NCBI GenBank assembly: GCA_963662545.2
Contig: CAXXLL010000003.1
Span: forward strand, 2,240,001 to 2,304,000
DNA: 64,000 bases
DNA from: Gammaproteobacteria bacterium
GTDB lineage: Bacteria; Pseudomonadota; Gammaproteobacteria; Ga0077536
Reading direction: 5' to 3'
How positions within the stretch are numbered: the first letter of the stretch is position 1; each line of letters starts with the position of its first letter. Made by a program: the position numbers and the translations under genes. Positions 1 through 9,157 of the stretch are shown here, piece after piece. The notes beneath the pieces were generated by a model, which saw nothing but the letters and a program-made list of their open reading frames with translations, was not told where the DNA came from and ran no database searches.

Positions 1-345
1 GGCGCCAGCGCCGGCGTCGATCCGGCAGTGATGGGCACGGGACCGATCCCGGCGACGAAAAAATGCCTCGATAAAGCCGGCTGGCAAGTCGGCGATCTCG
101 ATCTCGTGGAGGCCAACGAAGCCTTTGCAGCGCAGGCGATCTCGGTCAACCGAGATCTCTGTTGGGATGCGAGCAAAGTAAATGTCAACGGCGGCGCGAT
201 CGCGCTGGGACATCCGATCGGCGCGTCTGGAGCGCGGATACTCGTGACACTTTTACACGAAATGAACCGCAGCAAGGCTCACAAGGGCCTCGCGACCTTG
301 TGTATCGGAGGCGGGCAGGGCGTAGCCCTCGCGGTTGAGCGTTGA
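1..345 (+). CDS. phaA: Acetyl-CoA C-acetyltransferase (beta-ketothiolase), 3' part only
   Basis: Thiolase C-terminal motifs [21 protein letters not shown] and LCIGGGQG; directly upstream of phaR; runs off the window's left edge. Confidence 0.9.
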   Translation, partial: GASAGVDPAVMGTGPIPATKKCLDKAGWQVGDLDLVEANEAFAAQAISVNRDLCWDASKVNVNGGAIALGHPIGASGARILVTLLHEMNRSKAHKGLATLCIGGGQGVALAVER

Positions 346-398
346 TCCTCGAAACGCAAGCCCGGGTAGCGGTCGGTCAAAGAACCAGGTGAACGACG

Positions 399-884
399 AT
401 GAATGACGAAAACAAACGTGTGATCAAAAAATACCCGAACCGGCGCTTGTACGACACCACGGAAAGCAAATATGTGACCTTGGGCGACGTACGCAAGCTC
501 GTACTCGACGGTGTGAGCTTCTGCGTAATCGACAAGAAAAGCGATGCCGACATCACGCGCAATATTCTGCTGCAGATCATCATCGAACAAGAGGAAGAAG
601 GCGAGCCACTTTTCACGACCGAAGTCCTTGAACAGATCATCGGCTTTTACGGAAATTCCGTACAGGGTGTCGCCGGTGATTTTTTAAGCCAGAGTCTCGA
701 GCTGTTCCGTGATCAACAAAACCGCTTTCAGGACCAGATGAAGGACGCAATGCAGACGAACCCCATGTCATCGGCATTCAACGATCTCGCGAAACAGAAC
801 CTCGATTTGTGGCAGCAGATGCAGGACAGCTTCTTCAAGAACGTCAACACCTCGCTCGGCGCCAAGTCGGACGATTCTGACTAG
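399..884 (+). CDS. phaR: Polyhydroxyalkanoate synthesis repressor PhaR
   Basis: N-terminal IKKYPNRRLYDT signature, ILLQIIIEQE; pha gene context. Confidence 0.95.
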   Translation: MNDENKRVIKKYPNRRLYDTTESKYVTLGDVRKLVLDGVSFCVIDKKSDADITRNILLQIIIEQEEEGEPLFTTEVLEQIIGFYGNSVQGVAGDFLSQSLELFRDQQNRFQDQMKDAMQTNPMSSAFNDLAKQNLDLWQQMQDSFFKNVNTSLGAKSDDSD

Positions 885-1143
885 CCCGCATATTGCATGA
901 AGGACGGCGGTGCCGGCGCAGGACAGGTGCGTCTGGACGCCGATCTGGAGCTCAAGTCTGAGCTGTAGCTATGGCGAGAGCTTGACCTGAGTCCAGGCGT
1001 GCATGGACCAGCCGGCGCCGTCGTAGGCCGCAAGCGGCTTTACAGATTGCGATGTGCTTAAACATCGTCAAATGGCCTGATTATTTCTGTTTGCTCAATA
1101 ACTTCTCGGAGCGCCGCGGCCGCCTTGATGCAATATGCGGGCT
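883..1143. mobile_element. MITE-like element, 261 bp (family E)
   Basis: 21-bp terminal inverted repeats AGCCCGCATATTGCATGAAGG (883-903) and CCTTGATGCAATATGCGGGCT (1123-1143), 1 mismatch; the same end sequence recurs at about 52700. Confidence 0.6.
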
Positions 1144-1169
1144 CGAACCCATCGCGAGAATACCAGCCG

Positions 1170-2933
1170 TCAGGCCGCGAGATGTTCTTCCAGTGCTGCC
1201 TTGATTCGCTTGGCCGTATCGGCAAGCGCCTGGGGAAGCTTCTCACCAAACGTCTCGAAATAAGCTTCAATATCGTCGATCTCGCGGCGCCAGGTCTTGG
1301 CGTCAATCGACAAAAGGGCGTTCACAGTATTGCGATCGAGGTCGAGTCCATCGATGTTCAAGGCCGAGGGATCGGGTATGTAGCCGATTGGTGTTTTCAA
1401 CGCTTTACCGCCACCGGCGCACCGCTGCAGCACCCATTGCAACACGCGCATATTGTCGCCAAACCCGGGCCACATGAATTTCCCGTCGTCGTCTTTGCGA
1501 AACCAGTTCACATGGAACACGCGGGGTAAATTATCGGAGCGCTCCTCGAAGCTCAGCCAGTGGGCCCAGTAGTCGGCGAAGTTGTAGCCGCAAAAGGGCT
1601 TCATCGCCATCGGATCGCGCCGCACCTGTCCGACCGCGCCGGCCGCCGCTGCGGTCGTCTCCGAAGCCATGGCCGCACCTGCGAACACGCCGTGATGCCA
1701 ATCCAGCGCTTCGAATACCAATGGTGCCACGCTCGAACGCCGGCCGCCGAAGATAATCGCCGAAATCGGCACCCCTTGCGGCGCGTTGCCCTCGGGCGAA
1801 AAACTAGGGCATTGGTTCGCCGCTACCGTGAAGCGCGAGTTGGGATGTGCCGCGGGTCCGGTGACATCCGGATCGTGTTCGCGCCCCTGCCAGTCGATGA
1901 GGGCCGCCGGCTTGTCGCCGTCGATACCTTCCCACCAAGGTTGCTGATCGGGCGTCAGGGCGACGTTGGTGTAAATGGCATTGCGGCCTAGCGTATTCAT
2001 GCAATTTGGATTGGTCTTGAGGCTGGTCCCGGGCGCGACGCCAAAGAATCCCGCTTCCGGATTGATCGCCCATAAGCGGCCGTCGTCCCCGAGGTGCATC
2101 CATGCAATGTCATCGCCGACGGTCCAGACTTTCCAATCCTTGAACGTGTCCGGTGGAACGAGCATTGCCAAATTGGTCTTGCCGCAGGCCGATGGAAATG
2201 CCGCGGCCACGTAATGCGTATTACCGTCCGGATCTTCGATACCGAGAATCAACATGTGCTCAGCAAGCCAGCCTTCAGTCTTCGCCTGGGCGCTCGCGAT
2301 GCGCAGCGCATGACATTTTTTGCCGAGCAACGCGTTGCCACCATAGCCCGAGCCAATGCTCTTGATCATCAGATCATCCGGAAAGTGCATGATGTAGCGG
2401 CGTTCGGGATCCAGATCACCGAGTGAGTGAAGGCCTTTGACGAAGGTTTTTGCCGAGTCGATATGCTCGAGCGCCCGCGTACCGATCCGCGCCATGATCC
2501 GCATGTTGAGGACGACATAGGGACTGTCGGTGATCTCCACGCCGGGCCGCGCATAGGGCGAACCGTACGGCCCCATCAGGTAAGGCACTACATACATCGT
2601 GCGGCCTCGCATGCAGGCCTCGAACAAGGGCTCGACCGTGGCATGCCCTTCCTCGGGCGTCATCCAATTGTTGTTCGGGCCGGCTTCGTCGTGCTCAGGG
2701 GTGCAGACGAAGGTGAGGTGCTCGACGCGCGCGACGTCGCTGGGATCGGAACGGTGCAGGTAACAATTTGGATGGGAGCGGGGGTTTAGCCGGATCAGAT
2801 CGCCGTTTTTGAGCATCAGTTCGACCAGACCCTCGTTTTCTTCGTCAGAGCCGTCACACCAGTGGATCCGATCGGGCTTGGTCAGCGCGGCGACGTCTTT
2901 TACCCAAGCGGCCAATTCAGCATTTTTTGTCAT
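1170..2933 (-). CDS. pckG: Phosphoenolpyruvate carboxykinase (GTP)
   Basis: GSGYGGNALLGKKC, FPSACGKTN P-loop, VGDDIAW, HPNSRF motifs; 587 aa. Confidence 0.96.
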   Translation of the reverse strand: MTKNAELAAWVKDVAALTKPDRIHWCDGSDEENEGLVELMLKNGDLIRLNPRSHPNCYLHRSDPSDVARVEHLTFVCTPEHDEAGPNNNWMTPEEGHATVEPLFEACMRGRTMYVVPYLMGPYGSPYARPGVEITDSPYVVLNMRIMARIGTRALEHIDSAKTFVKGLHSLGDLDPERRYIMHFPDDLMIKSIGSGYGGNALLGKKCHALRIASAQAKTEGWLAEHMLILGIEDPDGNTHYVAAAFPSACGKTNLAMLVPPDTFKDWKVWTVGDDIAWMHLGDDGRLWAINPEAGFFGVAPGTSLKTNPNCMNTLGRNAIYTNVALTPDQQPWWEGIDGDKPAALIDWQGREHDPDVTGPAAHPNSRFTVAANQCPSFSPEGNAPQGVPISAIIFGGRRSSVAPLVFEALDWHHGVFAGAAMASETTAAAAGAVGQVRRDPMAMKPFCGYNFADYWAHWLSFEERSDNLPRVFHVNWFRKDDDGKFMWPGFGDNMRVLQWVLQRCAGGGKALKTPIGYIPDPSALNIDGLDLDRNTVNALLSIDAKTWRREIDDIEAYFETFGEKLPQALADTAKRIKAALEEHLAA

Positions 2934-3199
2934 TATTTGACTCCAGACAGACCTGATTTACAGCCGTTGGCGATGATCGCAACGCCCAGCGGTCGGCTGC
3001 TGTGCATCCGCGGTCCGGCGCCCTTGAACGCCCGTCCGCTCGGGAAACAGGCAAGGGTAACAAACGCGGCGCTTTTTGTTGACGGGAAGATGTCACGTTT
3101 TGCTAATTCTTCCTCAGGCCGGCGGAGGTTGGAGGCCGTCACCTGCCAGCGCCCGCCCCCGCACCGGCTACCCTCCAAAAAATAATGGTCACTCAGTGC

Positions 3200-3256
3200 T
3201 TGACTTATCGAACACGGGCTCCTATGCTGCACTGCAATAATTGCTGCACTGCAATA
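3200..3256 (+). promoter_or_regulatory. Sigma70 promoter of the phasin gene overlapped by tandem putative PhaR operators
   Basis: TTGACT (3200-3205), 17-bp spacer, TATGCT (3223-3228); perfect direct repeat TGCTGCACTGCAATA at 3225-3239 and 3242-3256; PhaR sites are known to be TGC-rich. Confidence 0.75.
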
Positions 3257-3308
3257 TACAACGCTCAACAGAGATCCCCAATACCGAATCCGTTCAAGGA
3301 GACACGAA

Positions 3309-3704
3309 ATGGACAACAAAATTGCCGAAAACTGGCAGGAAATCAGCAAAAATACGCTCGCTGCCGCCAAAGAGCTCGAAGCCATCAACGCCTCGGTCAT
3401 CGAAAAGCTGACCGGAAAGCAGATGGAACTGGCCAACGCGGCGCTTGAATCCGGCACCCAGTCGGTCAGTGCCCTGACGGCAGTCAAGGGCTACCAGGAA
3501 CTCCTGGCCGAGCAGACCATGCTCGCCGGCGAATTCAACGAAAAACTGATCGAAGCAGCGCGCCAGACGGCCGATATCTTCACCGAATCACGTGAGGCCT
3601 ACCAAGGCTGGCTCGAGAAGGGCTTCCAGGCGTTCGCCGCGACCACCCCATTCGTCGTACCTAATTTCGCGACCGAGAAAAAGCCGGTCAAGAAAGCCGC
3701 CTGA
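3309..3704 (+). CDS. phaP: Phasin family granule-associated protein
   Basis: 131-aa helical Ala/Glu-rich protein with Lys-rich tail; AAGGAG RBS; pha context and TGC-rich operator. Confidence 0.85.
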   Translation: MDNKIAENWQEISKNTLAAAKELEAINASVIEKLTGKQMELANAALESGTQSVSALTAVKGYQELLAEQTMLAGEFNEKLIEAARQTADIFTESREAYQGWLEKGFQAFAATTPFVVPNFATEKKPVKKAA

Positions 3705-3725
3705 TCATCTGCTTGACCTCCCTAC

Positions 3726-3774
3726 GCCCCTCTTCGGCGCGGCCGTCTGGCCGCCCTAGAGGGGCCTTTCTTTT
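3726..3774 (+). terminator. Rho-independent terminator after the phasin gene
   Basis: GCCCCTCT...AGAGGGGC stem with inner GC-rich hairpin, followed by CTTTCTTTT. Confidence 0.7.
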
Positions 3775-4130
3775 ACTCGCCGTACAGTCGTGCGACCCTC
3801 CCGGCCTGTCAATTATCCGCGCACTATCAAATTAACAGCTGATTAACCATCGGTCGGGCTGAGCGTTTCCAAAAGTATTTATCACCGGCACCTTGTCCCG
3901 CCCGAAATCATCCGATAGGCCGTCTGACTCCGGGAGAAATTCCGGACACCCATAAACCCGAAGCGCCGAACCTCGTTCCACTCAGGTGGTTATCGTCAGA
4001 CGGTTCATCGGTGTCCCCTACTGCGCCTTGCTGGAGATCGCTACCCTCCTACGTTAATCAAGTCTATTGATCGAGACTAAATACGCGTTCCGAATGATAG
4101 GTCGTATCCTTCTTTGTAACGGTATTCGTC

Positions 4131-4213
4131 ATTCGCCCGCAAGCCGGCTACTACGCAGCCCCCGCAATGGGTTGGCGGCATCTCGAATCGTAGGAGCCCG
4201 CTTGCGGGCGAAT
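4131..4213. repeat. REP doublet (GTAG family)
   Basis: ATTCGCCCGCAAGCCGGCTACTAC (4131-4154) and GTAGGAGCCCGCTTGCGGGCGAAT (4190-4213) are inverted palindromic copies with a GTAG head. Confidence 0.65.
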
Positions 4214-4349
4214 TGAAATCTGTCGCGTAATTCGGAGCAGCTATTTACACAGTTATCCCGCTGCAATCACGCAGTATGTGGAGATCAAACGGGTCGGTGC
4301 CGTCCTAAGCGGGGCTGTAGTATGGGCCGACCAGACAAGGATCAGATAA

Positions 4350-5219
4350 ATGAAATTCGGATTGCGCTACTGCAACACAGGCCCCTACGTCAATCCCGTC
4401 ACCGCGATTGAGCTCGTTCAGGCAGGTGAAGCGGCTGGCTTTGACTCCGCCTGGACGGTAGAACACACCGTCGTACCCGCGGGATATGCATCGGCTTATC
4501 CCTACTCGGACAGCGGCAAAATGGCCGGCGGAGTGGACGACTTTCCGCTGCCGGACCCGCTGATCTGGATGGCTTACGTGGCGAGTAGCACAGCAACTAT
4601 AAAGCTCGCGACCGGCATTCTGATACTGCCGCAACATAACCCGGTAGTCGTCGCCAAGCAGGTCGCATCACTCGATTATCTGAGTGGGGGCCGCGTTTTG
4701 TTCGGGGTAGGTGTAGGTTGGTTAAAGGAAGAGTTTGAGGCGCTGGGTGTACCGTTCGAAGATCGGGGCCGACGCACGGACGAATACATCGAAGCGATCC
4801 GAGCATTGTGGACGCAGGAAAAACCGACCTATAAGGGCGAATTCGTGAATTTCGAGGATGCCTACTGCCGGCCGCAACCCCGGCAGGAATCGATCCCGAT
4901 CATCATCGGCGGACATTCGAAGAGCGCTGCCAGACGCGCCGGCCGATTAGGCGATGGCTACTTTCCCGCGCGTGAAGCGCCGGCAGATCTGATAGAAGAA
5001 GCGCGCGCTGCTGCCGTTCAGCATGGTCGTGATCCGGCTGCACTCGAAATCAGCGTAAGCATGCCGAACGATCCCGAACTGCTTTCCGACTACGCACGCT
5101 TGGGTGTAAGCCGCGTGTTGGTGCCCGTTACGACGGTAACCGGGCTCGACAGCGGTATTCAGAATCCCGATGACGTTCTGCGATGGAAGGATACGATTGA
5201 TCGTTTCGCCGATCTGTAG
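4350..5219 (+). CDS. LLM class (luciferase-like) probably F420-dependent oxidoreductase
   Basis: GFDSAWTVEH, PQHNPVVVAKQVASLDYLSGGR, GVGVGWLKEEF motifs. Confidence 0.88.
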   Translation: MKFGLRYCNTGPYVNPVTAIELVQAGEAAGFDSAWTVEHTVVPAGYASAYPYSDSGKMAGGVDDFPLPDPLIWMAYVASSTATIKLATGILILPQHNPVVVAKQVASLDYLSGGRVLFGVGVGWLKEEFEALGVPFEDRGRRTDEYIEAIRALWTQEKPTYKGEFVNFEDAYCRPQPRQESIPIIIGGHSKSAARRAGRLGDGYFPAREAPADLIEEARAAAVQHGRDPAALEISVSMPNDPELLSDYARLGVSRVLVPVTTVTGLDSGIQNPDDVLRWKDTIDRFADL

Positions 5220-5300
5220 GTATATGAATCAAAGGTGTCGTTTAGCTGAATTCTCGAACAAGTCAAAATATGAGAGGGAAGGACATGCTCCAGCTAGTTA

Positions 5301-6990
5301 GTGTGCATCCCTAAACGCGATGCGGTTGAAATAAAAAGGAAAATTTGTCGCTTAAGGGATCGAAACCTCCGGTGGGTCGTGATCTAATGGAACTTCAAAC
5401 CTCTGATTTTCCACACAATCATCGACACCACAGGAGGGGGAATGCGTCAGAAACGCACGGCCCAAGCGAGTATATACGAGCTGTTTGCTGACCATGACCT
5501 GGGGCGAGAGCTGCAGGGCATGTCCGAGTGGCTCGATGCTCACCCCAAGGTCCTCACGCCGGTCATGAACGATCTGTGTCGGCGGGGTTTGAAGCCCACC
5601 GGTCGACGCGGACTGTCGGCGGAGTCGGTGCTGCGCTGCGCGGTGCTCAAGCAGCACCGGCAATTGAGTTACGAGGAGCTGGCCTTTCACCTGCAGGACT
5701 CGGCGAGCTTTCAGGCCTTCGCCCGGTTGCCGGGTAATGAACGTCCGAAGAAGTCTGCCTTACAGCGGGTGGTCTCGGCGATCCAGGTATCGACGTGGGA
5801 GTCTATTCATCGCGCCCTGCTGGCGACGGCGAAAGAGACGCGCATTGAGCCGGCACAGCGTGTACGGATTGATAGCACGGTAACGGACAGTGCCATCCAC
5901 GCGCCGAGCGACAGTCATCTGCTGTGGGATGGCGTGCGTGTTGTGGTTCGTCTGCTCGCACAGGCGCGCGAGTTGCCTGGCGCGCCGGAGTTGTGCTTCG
6001 TGAACCACACTCGATTGGCGAAGAAGCGTGCGCGGGCGCTGTGGTATGCGCGTGGTGCGAAGCAACGCCAACGTCTGTATCGCGATTTGATTGGGGCGAC
6101 GCGTTCAACCTTGGAAGCGGTAGCGAGGGTACGTGAGCAGCTGCTGAGCCCGGGCGTCACCGGCGTTGAACTGCCGGACTGGCTAGCGCAGGTAGCGCAC
6201 TACGAAACACTTGTTCTGCAGGTGATTTCGCAAACTGAGCGGCGGGTGTTCGGCGGTGAGAAGGTCCCCGCGAGCGAGAAGTGCGTGAGCTTGTTCGAGC
6301 CGCATACCGACATCATCATAAAGGGTGCGCGCGACGTTCAGTACGGACACAAAATCAATCTGGCTTCGGGGCGCAGTGGCCTCATCCTCGACGTGGTCAT
6401 CGAGCGAGGCAATCCGGTCGATAGTCAGCGCTTCATGCCGATGCTCGAACGGCATCGAACACACTACGGGACGATGCCAGACTCGCCGCCGATGGCGGCT
6501 ATGCGAGCCTCGACAATCTCCGGGCGGCGAAAGCAGAAGGCATCGAAGACGTTGCCTTCCACAAGAAGCGCGGGCTCGCGATCGCCGACATGGTCAAGAG
6601 TCAGTGGGTCTATCGACGCTTGCGCAACTTCCGCGCCGGCATCGAGGCCGGTATCTCCTGCCTGAAGCGTGCATACGGATTGGCACGTTGCACCTGGAAG
6701 AGCCTGCCGCACTTCGAAGCCTACGTGTGGTCTTCTGTGGTCGACAACCTCAGCCTGCTCGCGCGCTATCAACTCGAATAGCGACGTTCACTCGCACTAA
6801 CTGACCTCCTCGATATCGTCGAACGGGCGACTTTGGGTTGCAGCGCTCTGCGGCCGGCGAACGTACTCACAATTACGCTCGAAGAGCCCTTCGACCCCCA
6901 CCGAACCGCCGCTACCGCTCCAACAACCTACTTTCAACACCTCGATTTCTCCGTGCCCATCGAAGAAAATGCCTGTTTATGGACGGACAC
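5301..6990 (+). mobile_element. ISNCY/IS5-like insertion sequence, copy 1 (1690 bp)
   Basis: Imperfect IRs GTGTGCATCCCTAAAC / GTTTATGGACGGACAC; 6-bp target duplication TAGTTA (5295-5300 and 6991-6996); near-identical to 22981-24677. Confidence 0.92.
5442..6781 (+). pseudogene. ISNCY family transposase, frameshifted
   Basis: Matches the intact 448-aa copy except for small deletions near 6480 (1+3 bp, frameshift) and near 6743 (3 bp). Confidence 0.85.
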
Positions 6991-7982
6991 TAGTTAGGCT
7001 AATCGTTCTCGCCGGTGCGGTGATGATGGTTGATGTTGTTGCGGGCGAGGAGTCCCTTGAGCGCATCCAATGGTGGCCATCTGAATGGGGGCCGAACGAT
7101 CAACGTGGAGCCGCGAACCGCCTCGGCCCGGATAAAGTATTGCAAGCGGCGCAATTGATCACCAGCGGTCATGTTTATGACATGGGACGCGTATTTGAAG
7201 ATACGATGCCGCTGTTCACGTTCGGCCCACACCATCGTAAGTATTCTCTGTTTACCCCGGGCGCCCCTTTGGGCGGCCCTATGGGTGACAACCAGCTTTT
7301 CTGGAACGAAGACTACATATCCGGGCATTTAGCACAGGATGGAACGCAGTTTGATTCACTCGCACACATGGGTACGGCGGTAGGTGATCCTTCAGATCTG
7401 AATAATTTGCGTTACTACAATGGACTGACGCATGCGGAAATCGGTGGTGACGGGCATGGATTTGAAAAACTCGGAACTGAGAACGTACCGCCGTTCTTCA
7501 CCCGGGGCATCCTTCTTGATTTTCGTGGGTTAAAGGGCCGCCCTCTCGAAAGGTCTGAGGAAATCACCATAGATGACATTCATGCCGCGTTGAAGCGACA
7601 GGGGTTGAGCGAAGACGACATCCTTCCCGGTGACGCGTTTTTCTACAACACGGGTTGGGGCGAACTCTGGAAGGTCGACAACGACAAATTCAATTCCGGG
7701 ACGCCCGGCCTGTCTGTCGAAGCAGGCGATTGGGTGGTGGCGAAGAAAGTCCTGCTCGTCGGGGTGGATAACTGGGGAGTCGAAGCGATCCCCCATCCGA
7801 ATCCGAAACTGATGGCGCCTAATCATCAGAAGTTTCTCGTTGAGAACGGCATCTACATCCTGGAGAACCTGGATTTTTCATCGCTGATTGAATCAAAGGT
7901 CTGGCAATTCGCATTTGCGTTCGGGGCCATTCGATTGAAAGGCGCTACCGGCTCGCCGGCACGGCCGTTTGCTATTCGGTAA
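6969..7982 (+). CDS. Cyclase family (kynurenine formamidase-like) metallohydrolase, probably exported; native 5' end at 5285 cut off by the IS
   Basis: WGPNDQRGAAN, GTQFDSLAH, GVDNWGVE, GIYILENL, GATGSPARP motifs; hydrophobic N-terminus. Confidence 0.85.
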   Translation: MPVYGRTLVRLIVLAGAVMMVDVVAGEESLERIQWWPSEWGPNDQRGAANRLGPDKVLQAAQLITSGHVYDMGRVFEDTMPLFTFGPHHRKYSLFTPGAPLGGPMGDNQLFWNEDYISGHLAQDGTQFDSLAHMGTAVGDPSDLNNLRYYNGLTHAEIGGDGHGFEKLGTENVPPFFTRGILLDFRGLKGRPLERSEEITIDDIHAALKRQGLSEDDILPGDAFFYNTGWGELWKVDNDKFNSGTPGLSVEAGDWVVAKKVLLVGVDNWGVEAIPHPNPKLMAPNHQKFLVENGIYILENLDFSSLIESKVWQFAFAFGAIRLKGATGSPARPFAIR

Positions 7983-8113
7983 AGGCCATGCCGGAAATCG
8001 GAGACCGGGTCAGGCAAAACGTTGTCGTCCGCACGGCTGCAAGCGATACTCCACCGATGCCGGCTTTCCTGCAATGGATGCTTTACCCGATTAAGGTCAG
8101 CGAGGAATAAAAA

Positions 8114-9145
8114 ATGACACAGCAAGTCGATACAGATGATGAACAGGCGGTCGAATTGTGGAACCTTGAATGGCCAAGCGGTGTTATCGCGGTCCAGTTC
8201 GCTCAATTCGGTGCGCAGGCGAAAACCGCGGCGGAAGCCGCTGCGGCGCTCGAGGCCTATCGCCCTCTGTTTGCGCTGGAGGATGGACCGGTAGAGTTAA
8301 ATCGCGGCGTCTTCGATGACGCCGAGTCCTATACGAACGCGCTGTTCATCGCGTACTGGACCGACACGGCAGCCTACGACCGATGGCTACGGCAGGATGC
8401 GGTTCAAGGCTTCTGGTCGCAGCTTCCGGTTGACGGTGGCGTCGGCTACTGGCAGGAGATCGTCCTTGTCCCGACTGAGCGCATCGACACGCTTTACACG
8501 CCTGATGATCCGGTCGCGAACGACCAGCCCGGTGTTGCTCAACATGGAAAGATGGGCGTGTGCCAGGCCCACGGTTATTGGGGCGCGGCACGCCACCGCA
8601 TTCGCGCCTCCAAGAAAGACGATTTCGCGCCGCAACTGGCCAGCTATGAACCGACCAAGCAGGAAACTCACGGCCGCCGCATCTCGATCACGGTACCTGG
8701 AAACGTCTGTATCGCTCGTCACCACGAAGACTGGCGCAAAGCCGAGGTGTTCGGGGACGTCTACCTGCGCAATGTGGCCGGCATAAAAGAGGCCGGTGTA
8801 AAGCATCTCGAACGGCACCCGGAACTCGGCTGCGTGAGCGCACGCGAGATAAAGGGACACGACCTCGACGGCGATGCCATCAATAGCTCAAACTCAATCG
8901 CGTGCTTCCTGTCGCTTGGGCATTTGGAGACCTGGACGCGCGCCGATCCCAGTCACCTGGCTATTCACGATGCCTTCCTTGAGGTGGTGGCGCAAATGAA
9001 ACCAGGGGAAACCTGGGACGTGCCCATGTGGCACGAGGTGTACGTCATCCCCGAGGGCAACGCCGAAGCAAAATACGTCAACTGCCACAACCGCACGGGG
9101 TTCCTCACGCTGCTCGATCGCCAACTCGCCACCGCTGACAATTAA
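8114..9145 (+). CDS. Aldoxime dehydratase family heme protein (divergent)
   Basis: HGYWG..R, SH heme-ligand region, WHEV and YVNCHNRTG motifs of OxdA/OxdB. Confidence 0.85.
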   Translation: MTQQVDTDDEQAVELWNLEWPSGVIAVQFAQFGAQAKTAAEAAAALEAYRPLFALEDGPVELNRGVFDDAESYTNALFIAYWTDTAAYDRWLRQDAVQGFWSQLPVDGGVGYWQEIVLVPTERIDTLYTPDDPVANDQPGVAQHGKMGVCQAHGYWGAARHRIRASKKDDFAPQLASYEPTKQETHGRRISITVPGNVCIARHHEDWRKAEVFGDVYLRNVAGIKEAGVKHLERHPELGCVSAREIKGHDLDGDAINSSNSIACFLSLGHLETWTRADPSHLAIHDAFLEVVAQMKPGETWDVPMWHEVYVIPEGNAEAKYVNCHNRTGFLTLLDRQLATADN

Positions 9146-9157
9146 GAGAGAACCACG

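Noticed and set aside
903-1022. Long hairpin as SRP or 6S RNA
   Set aside because: No SRP domain IV motif on either strand, too short for 6S, and it lies inside terminal inverted repeats.
2933-3487. 184-aa minus-strand ORF upstream of PEPCK
   Set aside because: It overlaps the phasin gene and its promoter and has no recognisable motif.
3935-4020. GGACACCCAT / ATCGGTGTCCCC inverted pair as a mobile element
   Set aside because: Too short and degenerate to call, with no adjacent transposase.
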